Made by a program: the position numbers and the translations under genes. Under the pieces are notes generated by a model. It was not told where the DNA came from, searched no databases, and worked only from the letters and a program-made list of their open reading frames with translations. Of a stretch of DNA of 64,000 nt, positions 34,701 to 44,148 are shown one piece after another. This DNA comes from Alphaproteobacteria bacterium (GTDB lineage: Bacteria > Pseudomonadota > Alphaproteobacteria > UBA828), in the NCBI GenBank assembly GCA_963422645.2, contig CAXXVO010000011.1:116600-180599 (forward strand), read 5' to 3'. Numbering within the stretch: position 1 is the first letter of the stretch; every line of letters starts with the position of its first letter.

Positions 34701-35206
34701 GCCTGTGCGCTCCCTTTGGCTGCGGGTCGCCGCCTTGCCCCGGGATACTCGGCGTCGGCCACCCTCTCGCTCTGGTCCGCGTCGGGCGGACCCTTGAGCT
34801 CCACCGTATTGCCGTCCGGGTCGGTGAGGTAGAGCGAGGGCCCGTGGCCGTCGGCGCCGTAGCGCCGCGCGATCTCGCCCGCCTCGACGCCGCGTCGCTT
34901 GAAATAGCGGCGGAGCTTCTGCTCGTCGAAGGCGGCGAGCTTGAGAGCGAAGTGCTCCATGTTGCGCCGCGTCTTGCCCGGCGCGCCCCCGCCGGGTTTG
35001 CCGGCCTTGCTCGCAACGGGAACCAGGTCGATCAGGTTTGTACCCGCGCGCAGCTGGTAGAGCCCGAAGTTCTCGATCCGGCGCTCGACCGTACAGCCGA
35101 GCACCCGCCGGTACCACGCCAGCGAGGCCTCGATGTCCGCAACCCGGAGCACGACGTGGTCGAGGCCCAATACGTCGACGGGGCTCGGGCGCGCGGCGGA
35201 AGGCAC
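34697..35206 (-). CDS. VOC / glyoxalase-bleomycin-resistance-family protein
   Basis: Motifs: LGLDHVVLRVADIEASLAWYRRVLG...HFALKL...LYLTDPDGNTVEL. Confidence 0.8.
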   Translation of the reverse strand: MPSAARPSPVDVLGLDHVVLRVADIEASLAWYRRVLGCTVERRIENFGLYQLRAGTNLIDLVPVASKAGKPGGGAPGKTRRNMEHFALKLAAFDEQKLRRYFKRRGVEAGEIARRYGADGHGPSLYLTDPDGNTVELKGPPDADQSERVADAEYPGARRRPAAKGSAQA

Positions 35207-35243
35207 GGTCTCTCCTTGGTCTCGGATGGGTACGGTGCGGCGC

Positions 35244-36074
35244 TCAGGCTGCGATCAGCCGGGCGCTCTGGCGCTCGCGCGGGGTCTCCCGCATCACCGC
35301 GGCCATGTCGGGCTGGTCGTCGGCGCCGAAGGGCGTGAGATGGCGGCCGGTGAACGAGACTTCCAGGCCATCGTCACGGAAGGGATAGGGGTCGAGGCTG
35401 TATACGCCGTCGCCGAGCGCCCGAACCTCGATATCGACATCGTCGGCGACGCCGCGCGGCACGTTGGCGAAGGTGCTCTCCCCGCGCCCTTCAGCGTGGA
35501 CGCAGTTGAAGTAGAGGGCGAAGGTGTCGAAGAACTGCAGCGCCTTGTAGTTGGCGAAGAGCTGCTCGTGCTCGACCCAGGGCGCGGTCTCGGGATCGTC
35601 CTGCAGCACGGCGGTGAGGCGCTCCTGCCGCTGGCTCTCGGTGCTCAGCATGGTCTCGGCGGCGAGCCGATGCTCTTGCGGCACGATGTCGATCAGCACC
35701 TTGTCCGAGAGGCCGTAGCGCCCGTTGTAGAGGCCCCAGATGTGCATGCTGTCCAGCAGCCCGCAATAGGCGTGGTGCGCCTCGTTGTACTCGGGCGAGC
35801 GGCAGCCGGTCAGCGTGATAATGGGGATCGGCGTCTCCACCAGGTTGTAAGGCAGCCCGGTCTTGGGATCGAGAGGCGGGTTGTCGTCGAGATCCTTCCA
35901 GCCCTTGTCGTGCCAGCGGCAGGCATAGAGGAAGTAGTCGCGCGGCTCGGGCTGAGCGAAGCTGTCGTTCCCGAAATTCTCGGCGAATTGGCTCGCGAGC
36001 TGGAGATGCTCGTCGAGAGTGATGGCGAAGCGAGCGCTGTCCTGCCGTGCTTCTGCCTGGGTCTGGATGATCAT
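35244..36074 (-). CDS. Conserved hypothetical protein (possibly DUF3891 family)
   Basis: A protein-like ORF of ~276 aa starting at MIIQTQAEAR (ATG 36074). The family name is a low-confidence recollection. Confidence 0.55.
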   Translation of the reverse strand: MIIQTQAEARQDSARFAITLDEHLQLASQFAENFGNDSFAQPEPRDYFLYACRWHDKGWKDLDDNPPLDPKTGLPYNLVETPIPIITLTGCRSPEYNEAHHAYCGLLDSMHIWGLYNGRYGLSDKVLIDIVPQEHRLAAETMLSTESQRQERLTAVLQDDPETAPWVEHEQLFANYKALQFFDTFALYFNCVHAEGRGESTFANVPRGVADDVDIEVRALGDGVYSLDPYPFRDDGLEVSFTGRHLTPFGADDQPDMAAVMRETPRERQSARLIAA

Positions 36075-36176
36075 GGCGTCCCCCCTGCGTTCCCATCGAT
36101 CGCAATGGCGGCAAGGCTTGCGCGACCCTATCAAAGGCACGGGAGCGAGTCACGGCGGGCAGAAGCGATGGACGCG

Positions 36177-38396
36177 TCACATGAAGCTGTGGGGGTCGAT
36201 GTCCACCTGGAGGCGCGCGCGGGCACGCCGGTCGAGCGCGGTGAGCCATCTCCTGAGATGCGGTTGGAGCAGCACGCCGCGCGGCGCCTTGAAGAGGAGG
36301 CGAAAGCGATGGCGGCCGCGCAAGAGCTTGAGCGGTGCCGGCGCAGGGCCGAGCACCTGGATGCCGAGCGTCTTCTCTTCGGCGCGCGCGGTGCGTGCGA
36401 GGGCCGACGCGGCGCGTAGGGTCTCGGACTCGCTGGGGCCGGCGGCGATGACCGCCACGAGCCGGCCGAAGGGCGGCAGGCCGTGGGCTTCGCGGGCGGC
36501 TGCCTCCTGCGCCATGAAGGAATCGCGGTCGCCGGCGGCGAGCGCCTCGATCACCGGGTGCTCGGCGGCGTAGGTCTGAAGCACCACCCGGCCGGGGCGC
36601 CCGCCGCGCCCGGCGCGCCCGCCCACCTGGTGAAGCAACTGGTAGGTGCGCTCGGCGGCGCGCATGTCGCCCCCCGCGAGGCCCAAGTCAGCGTCCACCA
36701 CACCCACAAGGGTGAGCTGGGGGAAATGGTGTCCCTTGGCCACCATTTGAGTGCCGATCAGCACGTCGATCTCGTGGTTCACGACGGCATCGACCAGATC
36801 CTGGACCTGACTGGGACCGCGCACCGTATCGCTGGTCAACACCACCCAGCGGGCGCCGGGGAAGGCCTCGTCCACCTCCTCGGCGAGCCGCTCTACCCCC
36901 GGCCCGCAGGCCGCGAAGCTCCCCTCCGCCTCGCAGGCAGGGCAAGCCTCGGGCTGCGCGCGCTGGAGCCCGCAATGGTGGCAGTCGAGGGTGCCGGCGA
37001 AGCGGTGCTCGACCAGCCAGGCGCTGCAATTCGGGCAGTGGAAGCGGTGGCCGCAGGCGCGGCAGAGCGTGAGCGGCGCGTATCCCCGCCGGTTGAGGAA
37101 GAGCAACGCCTGCTCGCCGGCGTCCAGGGTCTCGGCGAGAGCCACGCGCAGAGCCGGTGCCAGCCAGGTGCCGCGCGCCGGCGGCGTCTCACGCAGGTCG
37201 ACGGTCTCGATCGCCGGCAACTGTGCGCCACCGTGCCGGTCCGGCAGGCGCTCGCATCGGTAGCGGCCATTCTCGACGTTGACCACCGTCTCCAGCGAGG
37301 GCGTGGCCGTCGCCAGCACGATCGGGCAGCCCTCGAAGCGGGCGCGCACCACCGCCATGTCGCGGGCGTGGTAGACGACGCCGTCCTCCTGCTTGAAGGC
37401 GGTGTCGTGCTCCTCGTCGACCACGATGAGACCGAGACTGCGGAAGGGCAGCCAGAGCGACGAGCGCGCACCGACCACCACCGGCGCCCTGCCCTCGGCG
37501 ACGGCGCGCCAGGTCTCGCGCCGCTGGCGCGTGCCAAGCTCGGAGTGCCAGACCGCAGGGTCGGCGCCGAAGCGTTCGCGAAAGCGCGCGAGCCATTGGG
37601 CGCTGAGCGCGATCTCGGGCAGCATCACCAGCACCTGATGACCTCGATCGAGCGCGGCCGCGATGGCCTCGAAATAGACCTCGGTCTTGCCGGAGCCAGT
37701 CACACCGTCGAGGACGGTGACCGAGAACGCCTGGGCGGCGACCGCCTGCCGCAACGCCTCGGCGGCGGCTCCCTGCGCCTGGGACAAGACGGGACCCGCC
37801 CGGGACGTGTCGGGACGGCCGAATGCCGCGACCTCCCGCATCGTGACCGCCTCGATCGCGCCGAGGGTGGCCAGGCCGCGCACCACGCCTGCGCTCACGC
37901 CGGCCTCGCGCGCGATCTCGGTGGCGATGCGCGGGGGCCCCTTCTGCAGCAGCGCGATGACGCGCTCCCGCGCCGCCGTCATGCGCGGCGCCTCGCCCTG
38001 CCCCAGCCGATAGGCGGTGCGCACCGGCGGCGACTCCACGGCGCCGGGGACGCTCATCGCCATGCGAAGAACGGACCCCCGGTTGGTCAATGTGTATTCG
38101 GCCGTCCAGTCGACCAGTTGCCGGAGCGGCTCGGTCATCGGCGGTGTTTCCAGCACTGCGGTCACCGGCTTGAGGCGGGCTGGATCGACGTCGCCTTCCC
38201 CCTTGCCCCAGACCACGCCGACACGCTCCAAACGGCCAAGGGGCACGCGCACGAAAGCGCCGGGAGCCACGGCGGGCGCGAGATCGGCAGGCACTGCGTA
38301 GTCGTAGGCGCGCTCCAGCGGCAGCGGCATGAGGACGGCGACGGTCTTGTGCGCGCCCTCCTGGCCCCCGCCTCCGCCCTCGGCCGACCCGCTCAC
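36177..38396 (-). CDS. priA: Primosomal protein N' (replication restart helicase PriA)
   Basis: VAVLMPLPLERAYDYAVP N-terminus, Walker A LDGVTGSGKTEVY, DEEH box IVVDEEHD, and a Cys-rich zinc motif CRACGHRFHCPNC...CHHCG...CPAC. The start is uncertain (GTG 38396 or later). Confidence 0.9.
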   Translation of the reverse strand: MSGSAEGGGGGQEGAHKTVAVLMPLPLERAYDYAVPADLAPAVAPGAFVRVPLGRLERVGVVWGKGEGDVDPARLKPVTAVLETPPMTEPLRQLVDWTAEYTLTNRGSVLRMAMSVPGAVESPPVRTAYRLGQGEAPRMTAARERVIALLQKGPPRIATEIAREAGVSAGVVRGLATLGAIEAVTMREVAAFGRPDTSRAGPVLSQAQGAAAEALRQAVAAQAFSVTVLDGVTGSGKTEVYFEAIAAALDRGHQVLVMLPEIALSAQWLARFRERFGADPAVWHSELGTRQRRETWRAVAEGRAPVVVGARSSLWLPFRSLGLIVVDEEHDTAFKQEDGVVYHARDMAVVRARFEGCPIVLATATPSLETVVNVENGRYRCERLPDRHGGAQLPAIETVDLRETPPARGTWLAPALRVALAETLDAGEQALLFLNRRGYAPLTLCRACGHRFHCPNCSAWLVEHRFAGTLDCHHCGLQRAQPEACPACEAEGSFAACGPGVERLAEEVDEAFPGARWVVLTSDTVRGPSQVQDLVDAVVNHEIDVLIGTQMVAKGHHFPQLTLVGVVDADLGLAGGDMRAAERTYQLLHQVGGRAGRGGRPGRVVLQTYAAEHPVIEALAAGDRDSFMAQEAAAREAHGLPPFGRLVAVIAAGPSESETLRAASALARTARAEEKTLGIQVLGPAPAPLKLLRGRHRFRLLFKAPRGVLLQPHLRRWLTALDRRARARLQVDIDPHSFM

Positions 38397-38596
38397 GGCG
38401 CCCTGCCGGCGGCGGCGCGATGGAAAGGGCGCATCGGACGTGCTAAGAGGCCGACCCAATTCGCCGCTGGCCCGAAGCCGATTCGAGTCGTGGATGCTGC
38501 GCTCATGCTTTCGTCCTGCATCACTCGCGCGACGGCGTCCAGCCCGATGACTCAAGAGGCCGGCGTCGGCTGGCAACTCTCGCACGGAGCGGTGGC

Positions 38597-39259
38597 ATGA
38601 AGTTTTTCGTGGATACGGCGGACATCGCCGAGATCGAGGATCTCTCCGCGACCGGCTTGCTCGACGGAGTGACCACCAATCCCTCGCTCATCGCCAAGAG
38701 CGGCGGCGACTTTTTCGAGGTGATCCGGAACATTTGCGACATCGTGCCGGGGCCGGTGAGTGCCGAGGTCACTGCGACCGACGCTGAGACCATGCTCTCG
38801 GAAGGTCGCACCCTAGCCGCCATCGCGCCCAACGTCGCGGTCAAGGTGCCGCTCACCTGGGACGGGCTCAAGGCCTGCCGCGCGCTCAGCCAGGGCGGCA
38901 CCAAGGTCAACGTCACCCTCTGCTTCTCGCCCTCCCAGGCGTTGCTGGCGGCGAAGGCCGGCGCCGCCTTCATCTCGCCCTTTGTCGGCCGTCTCGACGA
39001 TATCAGCCAGGACGGCATGGGCCTGATCCGCGAGATCGCGACGATCTATCGCGCCTATCCCGACACCATCGGCACCGAGATCCTGGTGGCTTCGATCCGC
39101 CACCCGCTCCACGTCGTGGAGGCCGCGAAACTCGGCGCCGACGTGGCGACGCTACCGCCGGCAGTGCTGCGCAAGCTCGCGAGCCACCCGCTCACCGACA
39201 AGGGCCTCGACGCCTTCCTCGCCGACTGGCAGAAAACGGGGCAGTCGATCCTGCCATGA
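38597..39259 (+). CDS. fsa: Fructose-6-phosphate aldolase / transaldolase type 3B
   Basis: 220 aa. Motifs: [32 protein letters not shown]...[12 protein letters not shown]. Confidence 0.85.
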   Translation: MKFFVDTADIAEIEDLSATGLLDGVTTNPSLIAKSGGDFFEVIRNICDIVPGPVSAEVTATDAETMLSEGRTLAAIAPNVAVKVPLTWDGLKACRALSQGGTKVNVTLCFSPSQALLAAKAGAAFISPFVGRLDDISQDGMGLIREIATIYRAYPDTIGTEILVASIRHPLHVVEAAKLGADVATLPPAVLRKLASHPLTDKGLDAFLADWQKTGQSILP

Positions 39260-40203
39260 CCAGCCCTCTACCGGCCGCAGCCGACCTGGCGACGGCGGTG
39301 GAGACCTGGCTCGGCCGCCTCGCCGACGAGCGGCGACGCTCCGACAACACCGTCGCTGCCTACCGGCGCGACCTCAACGACTTCCTGGGCTTTCTGGCTG
39401 AGCATCGGGGCGAGGCACCCAACCTCGCTGTGCTCGGCGCGCTCGGCGTGCGCGACGTGCGCGCCTGGCTCGCGCGCCGGGCGGCGGAAGGCTACGCGAA
39501 GACCTCCACCGCACGGGCGCTATCGGCGGTCCGAGTCTTTTTCCGTTTTCTGGAACGCGAGGGCGTTCCCGTGTCCTCGGCGCTCTCTCTGGTGCGCGCG
39601 CCGAAGACGCCGCGCGGCGTGCCGCGCCCGCTCACCGAGAGCCAGGCCAAGGCCGTCGTCGAGCTGAAGGGGGGGAGCGGCGGGCCGCCCGACTGGACCG
39701 CCCGCCGGGATACCGCGGTGCTGCTACTGCTCTACGGCTGCGGGCTCCGCATCGGCGAGGCGTTGGGGCTGGACCGCGCCGATATGCCGGCAGAGGGCGC
39801 TGCTCCGCGCAGCCTGATGATTACCGGAAAGGGCGGCAAGGAGCGGGTGGTGCCGGTGCTGCCCGTCGTTGCCGAGGCAATCGCAGACTACCTCGCGGCC
39901 TGCCCGCACCGGCTGGAGCCGGAGGATCCGCTCTTCGTCGGCGTGCGGGGCAAGCGGCTTCAGCCCCGCCTGGTGCAGCACACGATGGCGCGGCTGCGCG
40001 GTGCGCTCGGCCTGCCGGCATCGGCGACACCGCACGCGCTCCGCCACAGCTTCGCCACCCACCTGCTCGCAGGCGGTGGCGACCTGCGCACGATCCAGGA
40101 GTTGCTCGGCCACGCGAGCCTCTCCACCACACAGCGCTACACCGAAGTCGACGAAGCCGGGCTCCTCGCGGCCTACACGGCAGCGCACCCGAGGGCGGGC
40201 TGA
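39256..40203 (+). CDS. xerC: Site-specific tyrosine recombinase XerC (XerC/XerD family)
   Basis: [17 protein letters not shown]...[14 protein letters not shown]...[12 protein letters not shown]...[13 protein letters not shown], with the catalytic R..H-R-H..Y pattern complete. Confidence 0.8.
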   Translation: MTSPLPAAADLATAVETWLGRLADERRRSDNTVAAYRRDLNDFLGFLAEHRGEAPNLAVLGALGVRDVRAWLARRAAEGYAKTSTARALSAVRVFFRFLEREGVPVSSALSLVRAPKTPRGVPRPLTESQAKAVVELKGGSGGPPDWTARRDTAVLLLLYGCGLRIGEALGLDRADMPAEGAAPRSLMITGKGGKERVVPVLPVVAEAIADYLAACPHRLEPEDPLFVGVRGKRLQPRLVQHTMARLRGALGLPASATPHALRHSFATHLLAGGGDLRTIQELLGHASLSTTQRYTEVDEAGLLAAYTAAHPRAG

Positions 40204-40211
40204 AGGCCTGC

Positions 40212-40233
40212 CCCGGCGCCGGGCGGCGCCGGG
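40212..40233. terminator. GC-rich hairpin between convergent xerC and the original peroxiredoxin 3' end
   Basis: CCCGGCGCCG gg CGGCGCCGGG. There is no T-tract, so it is only terminator-like. Confidence 0.35.
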
Positions 40234-40430
40234 CTCAGACGATCGCGCTCAGGCGGCCCGCGCCGGCTTTAGCGATTCGTAACTACCCAGGTACCCCGCC
40301 GCCAGTTCTGAGTGCGTGCTGATGTTGCTTGCCGTCGGTGCCGTTTCGCCGTCGGCGCGTCGTTGATCCCCGCTTGACTGTATAGGTTCTCTCGCCTATG
40401 GGTTGCACTCTCGCATGAGAGGAGCAGCCG

Positions 40431-41099
40431 GTGGGGTATTTCGGGTCGAAGGCGACGACCGGTCTGAGCCAGGCGCTGATTGCGCTGATGCCGCGGCACT
40501 CTGTCTATATCGAGAGCCATCTTGGGGGCGGGGCGCTGATGAAGCGCAAGCCTGCGGCCATGCGCTCGATCGGGATCGACCGCGACGAGCGGGCGCTTGA
40601 GGCCTTTGGCTGCGACTACCCGGTGGAGTTGGTGCACGGCTGCGCCCATTCCTTCCTGGCCTCGTTCCCGTTTCTGGGCCCGGAGCTGGTCTACAGCGAT
40701 CCGCCCTATCTGCACGCGACCCGGCGTTCGTCGCAGCGCTACCGCTTCGAGTACGAGGAGGCCGACCACGTCGCGCTCCTCGAACTGCTCAAGGGTCTGC
40801 CCTGCCAGGTGATGGTCTCGGGCCACCCGTCTGCGCTCTATGACGAGCTGCTGGCGGGCTGGCGCCGGCTGGCGCTGCAGGTGACGACCCAGGCCCAGGT
40901 GCGGACCGAGGTCGTGTGGTTCAACTTCGCGCCTGACCGGGTGCACTGGGCGAGCTTCGCCGGCCGGAACTTCACCGAGCGCCAGTGCATCAAGCGCAAG
41001 GCGGCCAACTGGGGCCGGCGCTACGAGGCCATGCCGGCGGGCGAACGCCTGGCGGTGCTGGCCGCGATCATGGCCGTCGAGGCCGACGAGGGTTCGTGA
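40431..41099 (+). CDS. D12-class (Dam-like) N6-adenine DNA methyltransferase, short form (222 aa)
   Basis: GTG start preceded by GAGAGGAG. Motifs: YFGSKATTG (GxK motif), IESHLGGGAL (AdoMet motif) and LVYSDPPYLH (DPPY). It is the first ORF inside the IS66-family element. Confidence 0.75.
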   Translation: MGYFGSKATTGLSQALIALMPRHSVYIESHLGGGALMKRKPAAMRSIGIDRDERALEAFGCDYPVELVHGCAHSFLASFPFLGPELVYSDPPYLHATRRSSQRYRFEYEEADHVALLELLKGLPCQVMVSGHPSALYDELLAGWRRLALQVTTQAQVRTEVVWFNFAPDRVHWASFAGRNFTERQCIKRKAANWGRRYEAMPAGERLAVLAAIMAVEADEGS

Positions 41100-41185
41100 C
41101 AGTGTCGCGCTGGCACGAGGACCTCGCTGCCCACGACGAGGCCTTCGCGTGCCTGCAGGACCTTTTCACCCCACAATCCTTCGCA

Positions 41186-42637
41186 ATGACCGCCGTCAAA
41201 GCCATTCGGGAATGGGGCCAGAGGTTGCTGCGCCTGAGCGCGGCCCTGGTCAAGGAGAACGACGCGCTGGAGCGGGAGAACGCCCGCTTGCGCGAGCGGA
41301 TCGCCGAACTCGAGCGCAGCGCCGCGCTCGACAGCACCACCAGCTCCAAGCCGCCGGCCAGCGACGGTCTGAAGAAGAAGAGCGGTGACCGGGAGAAGCG
41401 CACCCGGAGCCAGCGCGGCAAGTCCGACAGGCCCAGTGGCGGCCAGCCGGGCCACAAGGGAACTACCCTGGAGCGGACCGCGACGCCCGACCATGTCGTC
41501 GATCATGATCCGTCCGCCTGTGAGGGCTGCGGCGCGCCGCTGTCGGACGCTGACCGTCACGGAGCCCCCGTCTGCCGGCAGGTCTTCGATGTGCCCGAGC
41601 CGCAGCCCCTCGAGGTCACCGAACATCGCGGCCATCGTTGCCTCTGCGCTGCCTGCGGCACCGTGACGACAGCCGTCTTCCCGAACGGCGTGAGCGCACC
41701 GGTCCAATACGGGCCGCGCATCACCGCGTGGGTGACCTACCTGCTGCACGCTCAGTTCATTCCCGAGAAGCGGGTCGCCGAGGTCATGAGCGACCTCTTC
41801 GCGGTCAAGCTCTCAACAGCCACCATCGTCGCCATGGGAAGGCGCACCGCCCGGCGCTTCGAGGGCTTCCTCGATCGCCTCGCGGAGATCATCCGCACCG
41901 CAGCCCCAGTCAAACACCTCGACGAGACCGGCATCCGCATCGCCGCCCGGACCCATTGGCTCCATGTGCTGTGCACCCCGTTGCTCACCATCCTGCGCGT
42001 CGCCACCGGGCGCAGCCACATCGACGAGAAGCTCAACGGCATCGTCATCCATGACGACTACGCCACCTACTTCGCTCTCGAGGGCGTGCGCCACGGGGCC
42101 TGCAACGCCCATCACCTGCGCGAGCTCCAAGCCCTCATCGAGATCGAGAAGGAAGACTGGGCAACGAGCACGCACCGGCTCCTCATCCGTGCCAACAGAG
42201 CCGCCCGCTTCGCCCACAAGAACGACCGCGACGTGCCCGCCTCACTGGTGGCCCGCATCTCGCGAGCCTGGGACCGCATCCTCGAACGTGCCATCGCCTC
42301 TCACGAAGAAATGCCACCGCTCCAGACCGGAAAGCGCGGACGACAAAAGCGCCGCATCGGTCACAACCTCGCCCTCCGACTCCAGAAGTACAAGGAGGGG
42401 TGCCTGCGCTTCCTCACCGATCCGCGAACCCCCTTCTCCAACAACGAGGCCGAGCGCGACCTCCGAATGGGCAAGCTGCGCCAGAAAATCTCAGGCGGCT
42501 TCCGCTCGATACAAGGCGCCCGCGACTTCGCAAACCTGCGATCCGTCATCGCCACCGCTCGAAAACAGCGCTGGAATGTCCTCGAAACCCTGGCGCACCC
42601 CGATCCAATCCAGCTGATCCCCGTATTGCGCTTCTGA
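41186..42637 (+). CDS. IS66-family transposase (TnpC)
   Basis: Leucine-zipper-like LERENARLRERIAELE, then SSKPPASDGLKKK...GGQPGHKGTTL, a zinc motif CEGCGAPL...CLCAACG and a DDE core. The start is ATG 41186 or an upstream GTG overlapping the methyltransferase stop. Confidence 0.85.
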   Translation: MTAVKAIREWGQRLLRLSAALVKENDALERENARLRERIAELERSAALDSTTSSKPPASDGLKKKSGDREKRTRSQRGKSDRPSGGQPGHKGTTLERTATPDHVVDHDPSACEGCGAPLSDADRHGAPVCRQVFDVPEPQPLEVTEHRGHRCLCAACGTVTTAVFPNGVSAPVQYGPRITAWVTYLLHAQFIPEKRVAEVMSDLFAVKLSTATIVAMGRRTARRFEGFLDRLAEIIRTAAPVKHLDETGIRIAARTHWLHVLCTPLLTILRVATGRSHIDEKLNGIVIHDDYATYFALEGVRHGACNAHHLRELQALIEIEKEDWATSTHRLLIRANRAARFAHKNDRDVPASLVARISRAWDRILERAIASHEEMPPLQTGKRGRQKRRIGHNLALRLQKYKEGCLRFLTDPRTPFSNNEAERDLRMGKLRQKISGGFRSIQGARDFANLRSVIATARKQRWNVLETLAHPDPIQLIPVLRF

Positions 42638-42735
42638 AATCCTGCGCTGCTCCGGGAAAGCGCCGCCTGACCCCTGGCTGGTCAGAACCATCAATCCATC
42701 ACGTCCGAGTGCTCGGCAGAATCAGACCTGGGCAG

Positions 42736-43254
42736 TTACAGCGATTCAATGTGGGCAAGCATGGTGTCTGCGTCGGAGACCTCGAAGGGATCTCCCGCCG
42801 CGTTGTCGCAAAGTCCCGGCTCCACGAACATCTTCGTGATCTCGCCGTCCTCGACCAGCATGGAATAGCGCCAGCTGCGCAGGCCGAATCCGAGATTGTC
42901 CTTGTCCACGAGCATGCCCATGCGCCGCGTGAAGGTGCCGCAGCCGTCCGGCAACAGGGTGACGTGCTCGGCCCCTTGATGCTTGCCCCACTGGTGCATG
43001 ACGAAGGCGTCGTTCACCGAGAGGCAAATGACCTCGTCGATGCCGGCGTCCCTGAAGCAATCGTGCAGGGCTTCGTAGCCGGGCAAGTGGGTGCTGCTGC
43101 AGGTCGGCGTGAAGGCGCCCGGCAGCGCGAACACCACCACACGCCGGCCGGCGAAAATCTCGGCGCTGGTCCGGTCCTGCCAACGGAAGGGGTTCGGCCC
43201 CTCGACGCTCTCGTCACGAACGCGGGTCTTGAATGTCACCTCTGGTACACGCAT
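42736..43254 (-). CDS. Peroxiredoxin (Prx5-like / AhpC-TSA family), C-terminus altered by the IS66 insertion
   Basis: [11 protein letters not shown]...[22 protein letters not shown]. The last sense codon (CTG) and the TAA stop use bases of the IS terminus. Confidence 0.85.
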   Translation of the reverse strand: MRVPEVTFKTRVRDESVEGPNPFRWQDRTSAEIFAGRRVVVFALPGAFTPTCSSTHLPGYEALHDCFRDAGIDEVICLSVNDAFVMHQWGKHQGAEHVTLLPDGCGTFTRRMGMLVDKDNLGFGLRSWRYSMLVEDGEITKMFVEPGLCDNAAGDPFEVSDADTMLAHIESL

Positions 43255-43415
43255 GTCACTGGCTCCTGCTCCGGAATGGGTCGTGTTCTGCAAATAAGAA
43301 CTATTCCAATATACGTCAAGGGAGAAGACAGGTTTTTGTTCGCGATTTGTCGCAGAGGCGCCGGAGCGCGAAACGAGACCAACGAAGGAGCCCGGCGCTC
43401 GCCGCAACGCCGAAG

Positions 43416-43854
43416 CTACGGCGTGAGCGGATTCAGTGTCGTCAACCCTTCGTTGGTTGCCGCTTCGCAGAGGCGCGCGTCCGCGCAGACGAAGGTCACC
43501 GCCTCCGGCATGCCCTCACGCACGACCAGACAGCCCGCGAGTTGAAGCGCGTCGTAGGCGCGGAGCGGGTGCCGGTCGATCAGCCGGGCGGCCTCCTCCA
43601 TCACCGCTGAAGTCGAGGGCTGCACCAGGAAGAGCGCCGAGGTGTCGTCTTCGATCCGCCTGAGCACAAGAACCGCGTCCGCCGCTGCGATGTCGCCTTC
43701 ACGCTCGCGCCGGCGAACTGCCGACCGGGGTGAGGTCCAGGATGACGATCCGGCCGGCGGTGACCTCTTCCGCGACGCTGACGACCCGCTCCGTGCCCTC
43801 CTCCGCGATGTAGAGCTTGAGCAGTGCGCTCGTGTCGAGATAGATGCTCGCCAT
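43416..43854 (-). pseudogene. PIN-domain (VapC-like) toxin gene with a frameshift
   Basis: MASIYLDTSALLKLYIAEEGTERV...ILDLTPV is in one frame (it stops 8 codons later). ...AVRRREREGDIAAADAVLVL...LRAYDALQLAGCLVV...[22 protein letters not shown] is in the +1 frame. The switch is at about 43718-43726. Confidence 0.7.
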
Positions 43855-43863
43855 TCGAACCGC

Positions 43864-44148
43864 CTAGCGTCTGTCGCCGAGAACCGTGTCTGCGATCGTA
43901 CCGCCTCGTATGGGGATCGGCGCGAAGGCAACGCCCCTCTTTGCGGTGTCTGTCTGGAACCGCGGATGCCGCCGATTGACCCTGATTGCGGTGACCGGGT
44001 GAAGCGGGTTGTTCGGGTTGGGAACCTGGCTCGTCAGGATCAATCGCTGCCCGGTCGCGTGGCGCAACAGGACACCGTTATCCCTCGGGTCGCTGGACCA
44101 TTCGCGGCCACGCGAAGGAAGATACTGGTCGCGGAACCATTTCAGGCT
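43864..44148 (-). pseudogene. 3' part of a ~226-aa gene split by IS4 (upstream partner of the PIN gene)
   Basis: Begins with SLK (the TSD copy) WFRDQYLPSRGREW...PVTAIRVNRRHP...PIPIRGGTIADTVLGDRR. Its stop is 9 nt before the PIN gene ATG. Confidence 0.65.

Larger units (their letters stand above)
40279..42739 (+). mobile_element. IS66-family element (2,461 bp) carrying a Dam-like methyltransferase gene plus tnpC, with an 8-bp TSD
   Basis: The termini are GTAACTACCCAGGTACC (40279-) and ...AGACCTGGGCAGTTAC (ending at 42739), which are inverted repeats beginning with the GTAA typical of IS66. The direct repeat AGCGATTC lies immediately outside both ends (40271-40278 and 40740-style copy at 42740-42747). 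Confidence 0.85.
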
